A stretch of DNA of 25,276 bases from a bacterium (GTDB lineage Bacteria; SAR324; NAC60-12). The position numbers and the translations under genes were made by a program. Positions within the stretch are counted from its first letter, which is position 1. The number at the start of each line of letters is the position of its first letter. Shown here in pieces: positions 1 to 11,340 of the stretch. Where the stretch lies: assembly GCA_965233585.1 (NCBI GenBank), contig CBDDTI010000291.1, positions 1-25,276 of the forward strand. The letters run 5' to 3'. The notes beneath the pieces were generated by a model that ran no database searches, was not told where the DNA came from, and saw only the letters and a list, made by a program, of their open reading frames with translations.

Positions 1-350
1 AAAAAGGAACATGAAAGGAATGTGAAGTCTTTCGCAAGAGGTTCCAACTTCGCTAAACACGTTTGGTCTTAAAATCACTTTAAAAATTCCCAAGTGATTG
101 ACAAAGGTTCTTCTCAACACTAGAATCATGGCACACTGTTTCAACAAGTCATGCAGATAACAATTCAAGACCGCTCCCTAATCAATACTCTATTCTTTTG
201 AAAAAGAACAATTAGTTTATTGACACTTAAATACATATTCTTCTCCCATTTTAATATATTCTTTTATAGTCTCACCTTTTTTGTATTTATTGTAGTTGTC
301 ATTTTTTTCATTTTTATCCATTGAAGGCTGTAGCCTCACAGCCGAAAACT
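1..350 (+). mobile_element. Decayed 3' end of a Penelope-like retroelement (C-terminus of GIY-YIG endonuclease region plus 3' non-coding end)
   Basis: Frame 1 reads KKEHERNVKSFARGSNFAKHVWS*NHFKNSQVIDKG, then after a frameshift TLESWHTVSTSHADNNSRPLPNQYSILLKKNN*. This resembles the 'KEH...S.IA.H.W...H...VID...LESWH' tail of PLE GIY-YIG ORFs. It has an internal stop and a frameshift, then an AT-rich stretch and a GGCTGT/ACAGCC-GAAA hairpin. Confidence 0.75.
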
Positions 351-396
351 TGAAAATATAATTCCTCATTTGAAATTGGTAGATAGGTATTTTTAA

Positions 397-779
397 AGGG
401 GCATTTTGATGATATTTGGCAACTTTATAAAAAGCTAGAAGGTGTCTTTGCATCAATTGAATTCCAAAACTAATGATCTAGTTTTGTTATTTAAGACTAT
501 TTGAAGGTACTGAAACTGTTTCCTGTCTCCTGTAGCTACGGATGGCATGAATGGAAAAGGATTGAATTTTGAAAAAAATTGGCCAATTTTTTCAAGTTTT
601 GATGCTACGTGTTCCAAAACTCCTCAAGAAATTTATTATGGTTAACCCTTTCTGATAAAATTCATTTGATATCTTCGTCGTAGCTTTACAGAAGCATTTT
701 GTTTATGATTAAAGCCTTAAAGCAATGATTTTAGCACAGAATTGACCTAAAACAGCAAAATCCTTGTGACACTGCTCCT
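397..779. mobile_element. Degenerate Kolobok-like non-autonomous element
   Basis: Left TTAA|AGGGGCATTTTGA and right GTGACACTGCTCCT|TTAG form an imperfect TIR with a TTAA-like target site. Confidence 0.45.
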
Positions 780-901
780 TTAGATGGATCAAACATTCAG
801 TTGGGAAGCTGAATTAAGAAAGGCAGGTAGAAGGTAGAACATGTTTTTTTTTTCCACACAAAGTTGAATAAACCATTTGATCACATGGTTTTATGTCTTT
901 A

Positions 902-1303
902 CAGTCAAACTAAGTGAAGCGTACCCCTCAAGATTGGATTAATGAACTGATTATTTGAAACTTGAACCCGCTAGTCGTTTCAAGAATGCAATAATAAATT
1001 GATTATTCGAATATTGAACTTGCTCACTTGATCCAAGAATATGGCCAATAGGTTCCGTTTTTGAAAAATTAATTCACTGTTGCGACTAGTAGGTTTCAAA
1101 CCAACTAGTCTTTTGTAGAATGCAACAGTGAATTGATTTTTCGAAAACGGAACCTGTTAGCCGTATTCTTGGATCAAACGAGCAAGTTTAATATTCGAAT
1201 AATTAATTCATTATTGCATTCTTGAAACGACTAGCGGGTTCAAGTTTCAAATAATCAGTTCATTAATGCAATCTTGAGGGGTACGCTTCACTTAGTTTGA
1301 CTG
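902..1303. mobile_element. Foldback MITE, Tc1/mariner-type termini, ~180-bp inverted arms
   Basis: TA|CAGTCAAACTAAGTGAAGCGTACCCCTCAAGATT ... AATCTTGAGGGGTACGCTTCACTTAGTTTGACTG|TA. Arms pair inward to about 1083/1121; TA duplication at 900-901 and 1304-1305. Confidence 0.9.
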
Positions 1304-1443
1304 TAAAGGTCTGTTAGTTGCAGAAATATTATTGTTATGATAGAAAGTTAGCTTCAGTGTGTCACTATGTGGGTTTTGTTTTTCCAGAACGTTTGATTAA
1401 ATCATTGTGAGAATGATTGTTCTTTTGTATTATTTCCTTATAG

Positions 1444-1656
1444 GCTATTATTTTTTCCATACAAGAGATTGACAAAGTAGACCGAGAAAGGGCCGAGGAA
1501 ATGTTCCAAGCTGGAAGCGAGCTTGCTGTCTCCAACTCGGAAGTCCAAGAATTTACGAAAAACTTAAAGCAGAGAAAACCAACTGCAGGGCAAGTACAGG
1601 AAAGAGTCAAGATGGCCAAAAGAGCGCTGGCAAGATATAATGCTGGCGAAAGCTGA
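1444..1656 (+). CDS. Terminal coding exon of an unidentified gene (upstream exons not identified)
   Basis: Pyrimidine-rich acceptor tattatttccttatag| then 70 codons AIIFSIQEIDKVDRERAEEMFQAGSELAVSNSEVQEFTKNLKQRKPTAGQVQERVKMAKRALARYNAGES*, purine-rich coding-like composition, AATAAA at 1722-1727. An alternative acceptor at 1465 keeps the same frame. Confidence 0.7.
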   Translation, partial: AIIFSIQEIDKVDRERAEEMFQAGSELAVSNSEVQEFTKNLKQRKPTAGQVQERVKMAKRALARYNAGES

Positions 1657-2455
1657 GAAGTTTTCCACTCCGTGGAAGATATTGTGTCAATTCGACCATT
1701 CATGGCACATTGGTTTGCATGAATAAAACAAAGTTCGCAGCTGCTGAGCCCGCGATCCAGTTATCGTTCAATGGTCATTCAGGTTGCTATGCAACAGAGT
1801 ATGATCTACCTTGTCTCTTATGAGCTATTGCCAGTTAGTCTAATAGTTATTTTTAGATAGGCTGTGGAATAAAATGTTGTGGAATGTCCCCAACGTACTA
1901 TGGGACAAATTTGGAGATCTTTTGGAGTTCATAACCAAAAATGTTCTAGACAAGGGTTTTGCCAAAAAAAAATCTTTCTACTTTTTTAAAAAGTACGAAC
2001 TCAGTTCCTGGTGAGTTAGAGGAACTCATTGCTGGAGATTTCTTATCCAGTCAACCAGTTTATTTGGTTGTGAACAATTCCTTAACAATTGTACCGTTTT
2101 AACTTAGGTTAGTACAGACAATTCAAGTCTTAAATTGCCTTATGTTGACACCAGTCTTTTTGAATGAATTTAAAAGTGAATTTAGAAGATTCTTGATGAC
2201 TTATCTGGCATAAGAAAAGTTGTTAGTACGTTTACAAAAACAGAAAAGTGTGACAATACAAGTCATGTGCTGTATGGACAGTAGTAACTTTATCAGTTAT
2301 TTCTGCATGACATAAGGACAATTTAGCAATTTCTCCATGAAGGAGTTGATTAATGGTAGGTTGGAAAAGATATTTAATTCAAAACATAATTTCAGTGAGT
2401 AGAGATTGTGTCTCACTTGAAACCATTACGATGGTAGACCAATTCTGCCTTGCTT

Positions 2456-2503
2456 TCTGTCACGCAACGCTACCCACTTGAGAGCGTAGCGTTGCGTGAC
2501 AGA
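2456..2503. repeat. Short palindromic MITE core (GTCACGCAACG family), copy 1
   Basis: TCTGTCACGCAACGCTAC - 12 nt loop - GTAGCGTTGCGTGACAGA, a perfect 18-bp stem. Confidence 0.8.
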
Positions 2504-2819
2504 GAGAGGGGCCAGAACTGTACTATTTAATATGATGAAAGATGTCAAGAGTACTTAAGCTTACTGATGAATAGATGCACTAAAATAAAGACACTGTTTC
2601 AAAATTCTTGTTATGCGTATTCTATTCAAACATTAATGTATCATTTTCAGAAGAATCTTAGAGCCTGTTCTCTGATGGCATCCTTACCTTTAATAGAGGG
2701 TTTTTACGCTCATTATTCGAATAAAATTGTCAACTGAAAGGAAATATACAGTTCCCAAGTCAGTGGGTCGCTGTGGGGATATCCAGGTGGTTACATGGAT
2801 AGATGATTGAGTAATATAA

Positions 2820-2897
2820 TTGGAGTGGATGACTGATTTACTGGATGATTAATTGACTGATTGATTGATTGATTGGTTGATTGATCGACTGATTGAC
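2820..2897. repeat. Degenerate (GATT/GACT)n tetranucleotide microsatellite
   Basis: gattgactgattgattgattgattggttgattgatcgactgattgac. Confidence 0.8.
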
Positions 2898-2924
2898 TTC
2901 GCTTTAACTGTTTTGATTTTGGTA

Positions 2925-2953
2925 GTCACGCAACGCATAGCACGTTGCGTGAC
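2925..2953. repeat. Short palindromic MITE core (GTCACGCAACG family), copy 2
   Basis: GTCACGCAACG catagca CGTTGCGTGAC, the same 11-bp arm as copy 1. Confidence 0.75.
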
Positions 2954-3106
2954 AACTGTTGTAAAAATACCGCAAAGGAGATTAGGCGATGTATATAACA
3001 CTTTTCGATAGTTTATAAGAAAAATACTTGATTCGATTTAGGGTCGTTTAGGGTGTGGAAGGAAATATTCACAAGTTAAGATGGTCTCCTGATGGGGTAG
3101 ATAAGA

Positions 3107-3189
3107 GGAAGTAATAAACGCGGGAAAGTGCCAGTCGCCAAAGGGAATGGGAGGTTACCAAGCTCTTTGGCGCGTTTGTTGCAGATTGG
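3107..3189 (+). promoter_or_regulatory. Putative proximal promoter of SUB1 with E2F, ETS and CCAAT motifs
   Basis: GGAAGT (3107-3112), CGCGGGAAA (3119-3127; reverse complement TTTCCCGCG), TTTGGCGCG (3166-3174), ATTGG (3185-3189). Locally CpG-rich and just upstream of the ATG at 3241. Confidence 0.5.
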
Positions 3190-3240
3190 CGTGGCATATT
3201 GAGACGCATCGAGTGAGTTCTTTTACTAAAAGCGAGCACT

Positions 3241-3303
3241 ATGTCCAAGAGAGTAAAATCAAAAGCCACTGTATCCGACAGTGAAAGCTCTGAGGAAGAA
3301 GAG
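3241..3303 (+). CDS. SUB1: PC4/SUB1 transcriptional coactivator p15, coding exon 1
   Basis: MSKRVKSKATVSDSESSEEEE (Ser/acidic N-terminus), donor GAG|GTAACT. Confidence 0.9.
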
Positions 3304-3401
3304 GTAACTGCTTGCACGATAGTGTGTTTAAATTCCGTTTTGTAATCTTGTATACGTAGTTAGCTTGCCTTGATTTGCCCCAATTTCGATTCTCTTTTCA
3401 G

Positions 3402-3497
3402 GTGAAACCAAAGAAGAGCAAAAAGTCCGAAAAATCTAGCAGTAGCTCGAAAAAGTCTTCTGGAAGTTCAAAGGATGAAGACTTCGGCGTTTTTGAG
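3402..3497 (+). CDS. SUB1: PC4/SUB1, coding exon 2
   Basis: ctcttttcag| VKPKKSKKSEKSSSSSKKSSGSSKDEDFGVFE |GTTGTA; Lys/Ser-rich region, phases 0/0. Confidence 0.9.
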
Positions 3498-3581
3498 GTT
3501 GTAGAATGAAATTTACACCAGTTAGCGTACACTCTGAGCGTACGCGAAAAGAAGCGCAAAAGTAAAGCGAATTGTAATTTA

Positions 3582-3999
3582 TGCACCCATATGGCAATGT
3601 TTAGCCCTAGGGGGCGAAAACCTGGCGGGCAAGGTGTGAGAATTTTGATATTTTCTGAAGAAAAGGTTAAAATCCCTACTCCCGAGACAGAGTGATTGGT
3701 GTAAAAAGGGGTAGGGGGAGGCAGGGCATAGGGCAGGAATTTGATTGATTGATCGCTTTGGCTTGGGGATTTAAGGCCTTTGAATTGTCTCGCTGTCCCA
3801 AGGGTAGGGATATTTAAATATTTTTGTGTGCTTGTGACCACAAATCATTTCCCGGGGTGGGAAATTTCAGTTATATTTGACCTCACATTTTTGCCTGGTG
3901 GTAGGGAATTTTACAGCAATTTTTTGGAAAATGTCAAATCCCCACCTTACGCCCGCCCCCCCCCCCCCTTCCCCCACCAGCTTGACATTAATAGGTGCA
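3582..3999. mobile_element. MITE with TGCACC termini in SUB1 intron 2
   Basis: TTA|TGCACCCATATGGCAATGT ... ACATTAATAGGTGCA|TAA. A lone right end of the same family (GGGCTTGACATTGATAGGTGCAT) lies at 5472-5494. Confidence 0.75.
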
Positions 4000-4324
4000 T
4001 AAGTTAACATTTATAAAGCAAAGGCTCTTTCAGTACACACAAGTACAGAAAAAGTATTGAGGAAACTGCCAAAAGAAAATATGTGCACTGACTGGTTTAA
4101 AATTGTGTTTCTATTAAGCAAAAATTAGATTATGAGCTCAAGATCACATGATGAGCGCACAGCCAGAGTCCTCTATCATGCGTAGAAATCGACAGTGGAT
4201 AATCTAATTGTTTCAGTATTAATCTGCTAGTCGTTCAAAACTTTATCTAAATCCTCTTCAACGACACCTCAAAATCACCAAGAAGTGTTGTTATTTTGTT
4301 AACAAGGGCACACTGCTATGCTAC

Positions 4325-5042
4325 CAGTGTTTCTTCCAGACTGCGCCATTGCGGGAATCCCGTGCTGCAATCAGAGAAGGCCTTCAGAAAAACGGAACAA
4401 GAGCCAATGTAACCCTTCATTTTTACAAGGCTGCAGGCTTAACACAGGCATAGTATTTTAATAGCCATCCCAGGGCTCAAAATTGTGACTGATACGGTCG
4501 CCATTGCAACTAAAATGTCTTTCTTTAAGCCAAAATTCTGGTTTAGTTGCCATAATGGCGACTTTATTTCTCTACGTTGGTGATCAATAACAGTTATTTT
4601 TGCACACCTTAGGCCCGGTTCATACGTCGCATTTCTGCTGTGTCAAATGCAATTCAAACAAAAGATAATGAAGCAAATCATCGCATTATCTTTTGTTTGA
4701 ATCGCATTCGACATGGCAGAAATGCAATGTATGAACCGGGCCTTATGTTCTTGTAGAAAACCATATTGAAAGATCTTTGCTTCCAAAACACCAAACATAA
4801 AAAAGAAGTCAATCCATCCTTTAGCTTTGCTGTATTGATCTTCTCACATCGGAAAACTTCCAATAGCTCACCATGTTTGAAATCGTCCTATAATGCATTG
4901 CAAACCCTTGATCATTGACTATGTCATGTACATGTATGCCTTTGTATTGTTCTCTTGGCCCCTTTCTTAAAAATAAGGCCCCTAAAACAAGTCTTCAGGG
5001 GCCACTTTGGCCCTCAAGTAAAATTTACTGGCTGGAACACTG
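4325..5042. mobile_element. Possible hAT-like non-autonomous element with 5-bp TSD, hosting nested insertions
   Basis: GCTAC|CAGTGTTTCTTCCAG ... CTGGCTGGAACACTG|GCTAC (imperfect 15-bp TIR). Contains a CAGGGCTC terminus at 4471 and the MITE at 4612-4742. Confidence 0.5.
4612..4742. mobile_element. PIF/Harbinger-type hairpin MITE
   Basis: TTA|GGCCCGGTTCATAC...CAAACAAAAGATAATG - loop - CATTATCTTTTGTTTG...GTATGAACCGGGCC|TTA. Near-complete palindrome with TTA duplication. Confidence 0.9.
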
Positions 5043-5049
5043 GCTACTC

Positions 5050-5437
5050 ACTATCAATCACGGAATAGATAGCGAGCATTGTAGCCAATCAGAGAACAGC
5101 ATTAGTGTTAGAATGCTGGTAGATTCATACTAAAACTTGATAGAGACAGAACCAGTACAAGCTGTTTACGTGACCATGGTGCAAGAGAGAGAGATAATTT
5201 ACATTTTGATAAATGTTTTTTATTTGTTGCTCTTTTTTCTAAAAGAAATAGAAAACATGTTCTCTGTGTTTTTATCCAGTTATAGAGATGCTGGTGAAAG
5301 TTTGGGAGAACTCAAAAACGCTGCAGAAACACTTGCCTGGAGCTTGTGTTCCCACAGCATAATTCATTCTCCCAAACTTCCACTCATGTTTCTATTAAGC
5401 AATTAGATTATAAGCGCGAGATTTCTATCATGTACAA
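5050..5437. repeat. Interspersed repeat (unclassified), related fragment at ~4070-4230
   Basis: The motif TGTTTCTATTAAGCAA(AAA)TTAGATTAT(G/A)AGC occurs at both ~4107 and ~5387. Internal inverted motifs TTTGGGAGAA / TTCTCCCAAA. Confidence 0.55.
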
Positions 5438-5911
5438 TAGCTTACGAGGGTACAGCTCTCCCCTCCATCTTGGGCTTGACATTGATAGGTGCATCATTCA
5501 CAGGTCCAAGTTAGAAAATAACTGCTTTTAATTTTTGCCTACCGGTATTTTCCTTGTCACATATGTATGGGGGCTGGATGAAGGTGGATTACCATAGTTG
5601 GGGATGGGATGGAAGCTTACTGGACGAGCACTTTGGCAGGCTTCTGTTACTGCCAAGGTCTTCAAATTGTGCCTTATAAATGGCTTTTAAAAACATTTTA
5701 AGTAACTCATTCCCCTTTTCTTGCCAAGATTAAGATCTGTTGACAGGAACAATTCAAATGTACTGTTGGTTTACTTTCTGTTTATGCCTTGCACCTTTTC
5801 CAGGAAAATATTAACCCACGAAACTTGAGTTAGACAAGCACTCACGACTTGTGGTAGATTCAAAAGAAATTTCTTCTTACATATATTTTATTACCTTTTT
5901 TTTCTTCTCAG

Positions 5912-6017
5912 ATTGGCAACAAGCGCAAAGTGTCTGTGAGGGAATTTAAGGGCAGACTACTTATAGACATTAGAGAATTCTATGAAAAAGATGGAGAGTT
6001 GATGCCAGGAAAGAAAG
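5912..6017 (+). CDS. SUB1: PC4/SUB1, coding exon 3 (ssDNA-binding domain)
   Basis: ttcttctcag| [36 protein letters not shown]; hallmark PC4 motif; donor AG|GCAAGT. Confidence 0.95.
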
Positions 6018-6231
6018 GCAAGTACATACTAACCAAAACAAGGTGCTCAAAACCAGGCTTGTCCACCTTATAATTTTAGGAAAGACAAAGGTTGACTTGA
6101 ACAGATTGTTCATCCCTGTGCTGAATAAGCCTTTGCACTCATGACCAGGTTATACATGTGAACTTGTCATTCATTAAAGAAGTAATTGTCATGGTGCAAA
6201 GGAGAAACGAGAATGGAAAAAGTTTTCATAC

Positions 6232-6432
6232 CGGCCAAGTGGCCCATGAAGCTGGAGCGTATCCCAGTTTCTGTAGCATGAAGCAACTAGGAGTATGTCA
6301 ACTTCAACCCCCCCCCCCCCCCCCCCCCTTCCTCTGCTGGATGGGCTAGTCCATTGCCGGGCTACCCGCAGCAATAAATCTGCCGGTACCCATTTATACA
6401 CCTGGGTGGAGAGATGGAAGTGAGCTAGCAAT
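6232..6432 (-). mobile_element. SINE fragment (tRNA-derived core-SINE type, by recollection)
   Basis: GCCAAGTGGCCCAT...CCCAGTTTCTGTAGCATGAAGCAACTAGGAGTA...CTGGATGGGCTAGTCCAT...GCCGGTACCCATTTATACACCTGGGTGGAGAGA resembles a widespread marine-invertebrate SINE body. Not confirmed by search. Confidence 0.7.
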
Positions 6433-6502
6433 GTGCTATGCATATACTGTATGCATGTGAAATTCATATCAGTGCTATCAATGTTTAAGTTTTGATGATG
6501 AT

Positions 6503-6672
6503 AATAGACCAATTTCGATATATTAAAATTCAACCTCAAACAACAGACCTCAGTACGAGGCTCTGGGGAATAAATACAGAGTTTGTGGGGTTTATTCCCC
6601 AGAGCCTCGTTTTGAGGTCTATAAATTATTGTTTGAGACTGAATAATTTTAATATATTGAAATTGGTCTATT
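6503..6672. mobile_element. Hairpin MITE (AATAGACC termini) in SUB1 intron 3
   Basis: AATAGACCAATTTCGATATATTAAAATT ... CGAGGCTCTGGGGAATAAA - loop - TTTATTCCCCAGAGCCTCG ... AATTTTAATATATTGAAATTGGTCTATT. Confidence 0.88.
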
Positions 6673-6996
6673 GCAGTTATATGATATACTCAACTGTGAA
6701 TAAAATTAAATCATATCTTCATATCTTTCTCTTTACTTCAAATAATGTGATCTTTCATATATTCACTTGCAAGGTTTCCTAGGAACAATAGGGTGTCTGT
6801 TTCTAATGTACATAATTATTTTCTGAGAAATTCCATAAACTTGAAAATGTAGTAATGTTATTTTAGCAGTAAGAAATAATTTGCTAAGAAATAAATAAGA
6901 TGCATTGGCTGCTTCTTGGGTCTACAGCCTTCAGTTGTGGAAAAGACAGCAGGTACATGTATCAATAATATTTTATGTTTTTAATTCAATTGGTAG

Positions 6997-7082
6997 GCAT
7001 ATCTTTACAACTGGAACAGTGGGAAAAGCTGAAGAATCTTGTTGGTGACATTGATGAAGCTATCGAGGAACTCAGAGGATAG
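6997..7082 (+). CDS. SUB1: PC4/SUB1, coding exon 4
   Basis: tggtag| (G)ISLQLEQWEKLKNLVGDIDEAIEELRG*. Completes PGKKGISL and the conserved QW motif. The four exons total 351 nt = 116 aa plus stop. Confidence 0.95.
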
Positions 7083-8039
7083 CAATGCAAAGTATTAATT
7101 TTATTATTACATTTTGTAGACAGTTGCCGCGGCCTAATGCAAATCTGAATGTTTCTCTCAAGGCTGACTATTCACTGCCTATGCTTCATAAGTTCTATTT
7201 TTGAACTTCAAATGGGTTACGCTTAATAGTATCCATTCTCTTGTCTTCTCACGTTTGATTTCTATTTAAAATTTAGTCAACTCTGCTGCCCTTTTTGTCA
7301 CTAAACACCTTTTGAAACAGGAAGTGCCCTCTTAAGAGATATCAACACTAATATGGGACATTAAATATATTGTTAGAAGTGTGTTGCTTGGACCATGACA
7401 AAGTGTTCACAGACAAGAGTTGTCACCCCACAGGAGTCTTTTAAGACTCCCATGTTGTATCATGACAAAAAGAAAAATCAAGTGGCCACCAGAAGGATTT
7501 TTTAATTTTCTTATTTTTCCTATTTTTTTTCTTTCAGAGTTTTTGTCAAAAGATAGACACTGTAGTTCTACCTAGTAGGAATTTATATTGTTTGTTTATT
7601 TACTTTCAGTGTTCATGAAATATTAGCTAAGATGTTTTGAATTAGGCAGCCTAAACAGTGTACATTCAGCAACCAATTTATTTCTCCTGAAAGTAATGAT
7701 AGCAAGCCACTCAAGCTAAAATTACCTCAAGATGGAAATAAATATTATTGTGCAAAGACCTCTTAAGAGAGGAGTATAACTAAGAAGATCTTGTCTGTTT
7801 GTCAGGACTTGGAATTGACGCATTTGATGTTTCATGAAAGAAGGTTTCTAGTTTTGTTTTGGCTGCAAGTTTTATTTAGTCAGTTTGTTTTTGTGGTCAA
7901 TTTTTCTATGTTTAGTATTGCAACTTTTGGCTTGTATTATATGGTCATCGAGTCAAGATTGGTAGACTTGTAAGTTCTCCAAAAAAATAAATAAAACAAA
8001 ATTAATATTATTACAATGTTTTTGTGATTAATTTTTATT

Positions 8040-8441
8040 GTTATATAGCTGGCATTTTTCCCGCTACAGCGCGCCCATTCATTGGCTAGTTCATGGTCAC
8101 ATGACATCTAACAGTGAAACTGTTTCTTGCCAAATGCCATGAGCTGGCAACATTGCGAAAACTATGATGTCAAACAGGAAACAGTTCACTGTTACCCGCG
8201 AAATGTTGACCGCTGTTGCACATGATTGCTGGAATCTCAGTGCGGTTTTCAAATTTTGCTTTTGTTTGTTTTGCTTTATAACAAATCACTTAATGACTGG
8301 TCCCTTGGGGAAAAGTGAATTTTGTTTCCCTTGAATCTCAATGTTTCCCGAGACTTCGTCTCAGGAAACATTGAGATTCTCAGGAAACGAAATTCACTGT
8401 TCCCCTCGGGACCAGTCCAGTCTGGGACCAGTCATTAAGTG
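8040..8441. repeat. Interspersed repeat ending in a ~155-bp hairpin
   Basis: CACTTAATGACTGGTCCC...GTGAATTT...GAATCTCAATGTTTCC (8287 onward) pairs with GGAAACATTGAGATTC...AAATTCAC...GGGACCAGTCATTAAGTG (to 8441). The left boundary is approximate. Confidence 0.7.
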
Positions 8442-8591
8442 TAAAGTATTACAGTGTTACAAAATTGTTTTGATGATTACAATCAGAGTACGAAAGAGAA
8501 ACAGATGTTGAAGATGCCAGAGAATTAAAGTCAGCTTAAAGTTAGCAGTCTTGCGAATATGCCCCATATCTTTGTAGCCCTGAATTTGACT

Positions 8592-8703
8592 CCTCCACCT
8601 TGTTGTGTATAGCCAACTGGTCAGCCTACCCCCAGTTGGGGAATGTTCTAATTATCTATAGTGTCCCCAATTAACACAACAATGACTTGACACTTCAATA
8701 AAA
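8592..8703 (+). mobile_element. SINE/L2-type 3' tail fragment
   Basis: TAGCCAACTGGTCAGCCTACCCCCAGTTGGG stem-loop followed by AGTGTCCCCAATTA...AATAAA. Confidence 0.5.
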
Positions 8704-9743
8704 TTTATTTATTTTACTACATTGTAAAGACTGTTCATTTGCAATCGTTTAAAAATCATGTCTGGGCCATACGAAGGAAGAAGAGCCATAAATGTCTCAC
8801 CAGTTTTGAATCAAAGCCAACTTGATATCGTGTTCGAGGGTTGTTTGACATTAGGGCATCCAAAACAGCATTAACAACCTTGTACGTGCGAGAGGAACAC
8901 ATAGCCAAACCTTTGCGGAAAATCTTGATCACTGCAAAATGAATGGCAGTTTATTAAGTGAAGTGCATTTAGAGTTACTACTACATGTATGTTGACCCAC
9001 TGTAGCAATCTGTTGTTAACTGGAATTTTTCAGGACTTCTGTGTCTCTTCTGTAGTCTCACCCAGTTGTTTGGTCAGCTGGAGATACAGTGAAAGCACAC
9101 AGAAGAGCAAAAGAGGAAAAAAGAAGCAAATAATTCTTCACAACTACTCTGCATTCTTTACGCTGCTCCTCAACCTCCTGATCAAAAGGACTAGAACAAG
9201 GTCTTCTGAACAAAATAATTGGTGGTGACAGTGATGCAAACTTCAATAGAATTATCAATTTTGGCAGAGTAGACTTCGCGGCATACTGTAACTAGGTGTC
9301 GGCTCCAAATTATTGTGAACACAGGAAAACAGGTCAACTCTAAGGAATGTTTTGTAATACATTCATGAGCAATATATCCCTATACTATCAAATGATGGTC
9401 ATTGATTGATGATTGACAATGCTTGTCACTTTGCAGTGGGTTCATCACCAGTTGCCTCATTCCCTTACAAAACGTAACCCGGTACTTGATCTATTGTCAG
9501 CCTCTGAACAGGCTGTCAAGTGCAGGAAGGAGCAAAGAGAAATCCACTTCACCTCTACCAGTTCCTTCACTGCCCTTCCAGCCTGTTCATAGGCCACTTT
9601 ATTGTGAGCAGGGAGATTTTCAGTTTCTATGCATATCATGGTTTTATGCTATTCAGTATTCTGCCAATCTTTAAGACTCCTTACTTCTCTCACGGTATTC
9701 TTCAGAGTAATCCTCTTTGATTTCTTTACTCAGAGACTCCCAG

Positions 9744-10715
<972 letters not shown>

Positions 10716-11340
10716 TCCCAGCATCCTCTAATTATCCTCTCAGCTTTGTCGCCGTCCATGAGACCAGTGGTGAATGACCCAGGTTCTATGATGCTGATTC
10801 TTACATTCCATGGGCTCATCTCTCGTCTCAAAGCATCAGAGAAAGCTTCCACACTGTACTTCGTGATACAATAAGCACAGGAAGTGGGAACTGAAAATTG
10901 TCCTGTTGAATTTACAGGGGTACATTAATTGCATGATTACTGAATCAATTGCACTTAGACATGCATCTATTCATGGTCTTTCAAGTTATTGAACATGAAA
11001 ATTTTGTTTTCTTCCTTGAAAAGCCATTGACAATTCTTGAATTTGCAGATTTCAGGATAAAACCAACATAATCTCAAAAATTGATTTTGATGAAACAGGA
11101 TTTACCTGATTATTATACAAGGGAGAACCTAACAGTGTTGCAATCTTGCCCTTATGGTGGGGTCTTGAGCATTCTGTATTTTTTTTTGAGTGCCCATGTG
11201 CCCCCCACCAACTAACAAATTTTACATACAATTCCGAGGGAAACAAATCCTTGAATAGTCCTAGGAAAAAGAAGTTTGACATTCACATGAGCCATGATGC
11301 GTGAGCAACACTCTGTGCAAACCAAATACCAACACCAACA

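Noticed and set aside
3036..3053. Telomere-like TTTAGGG repeats
   Set aside because: Only two non-tandem copies.
9020..9640. Coding-like short ORFs within the last SDR intron
   Set aside because: Fragmented by stops with no recognisable domain; possibly an old transposon remnant but not supportable.
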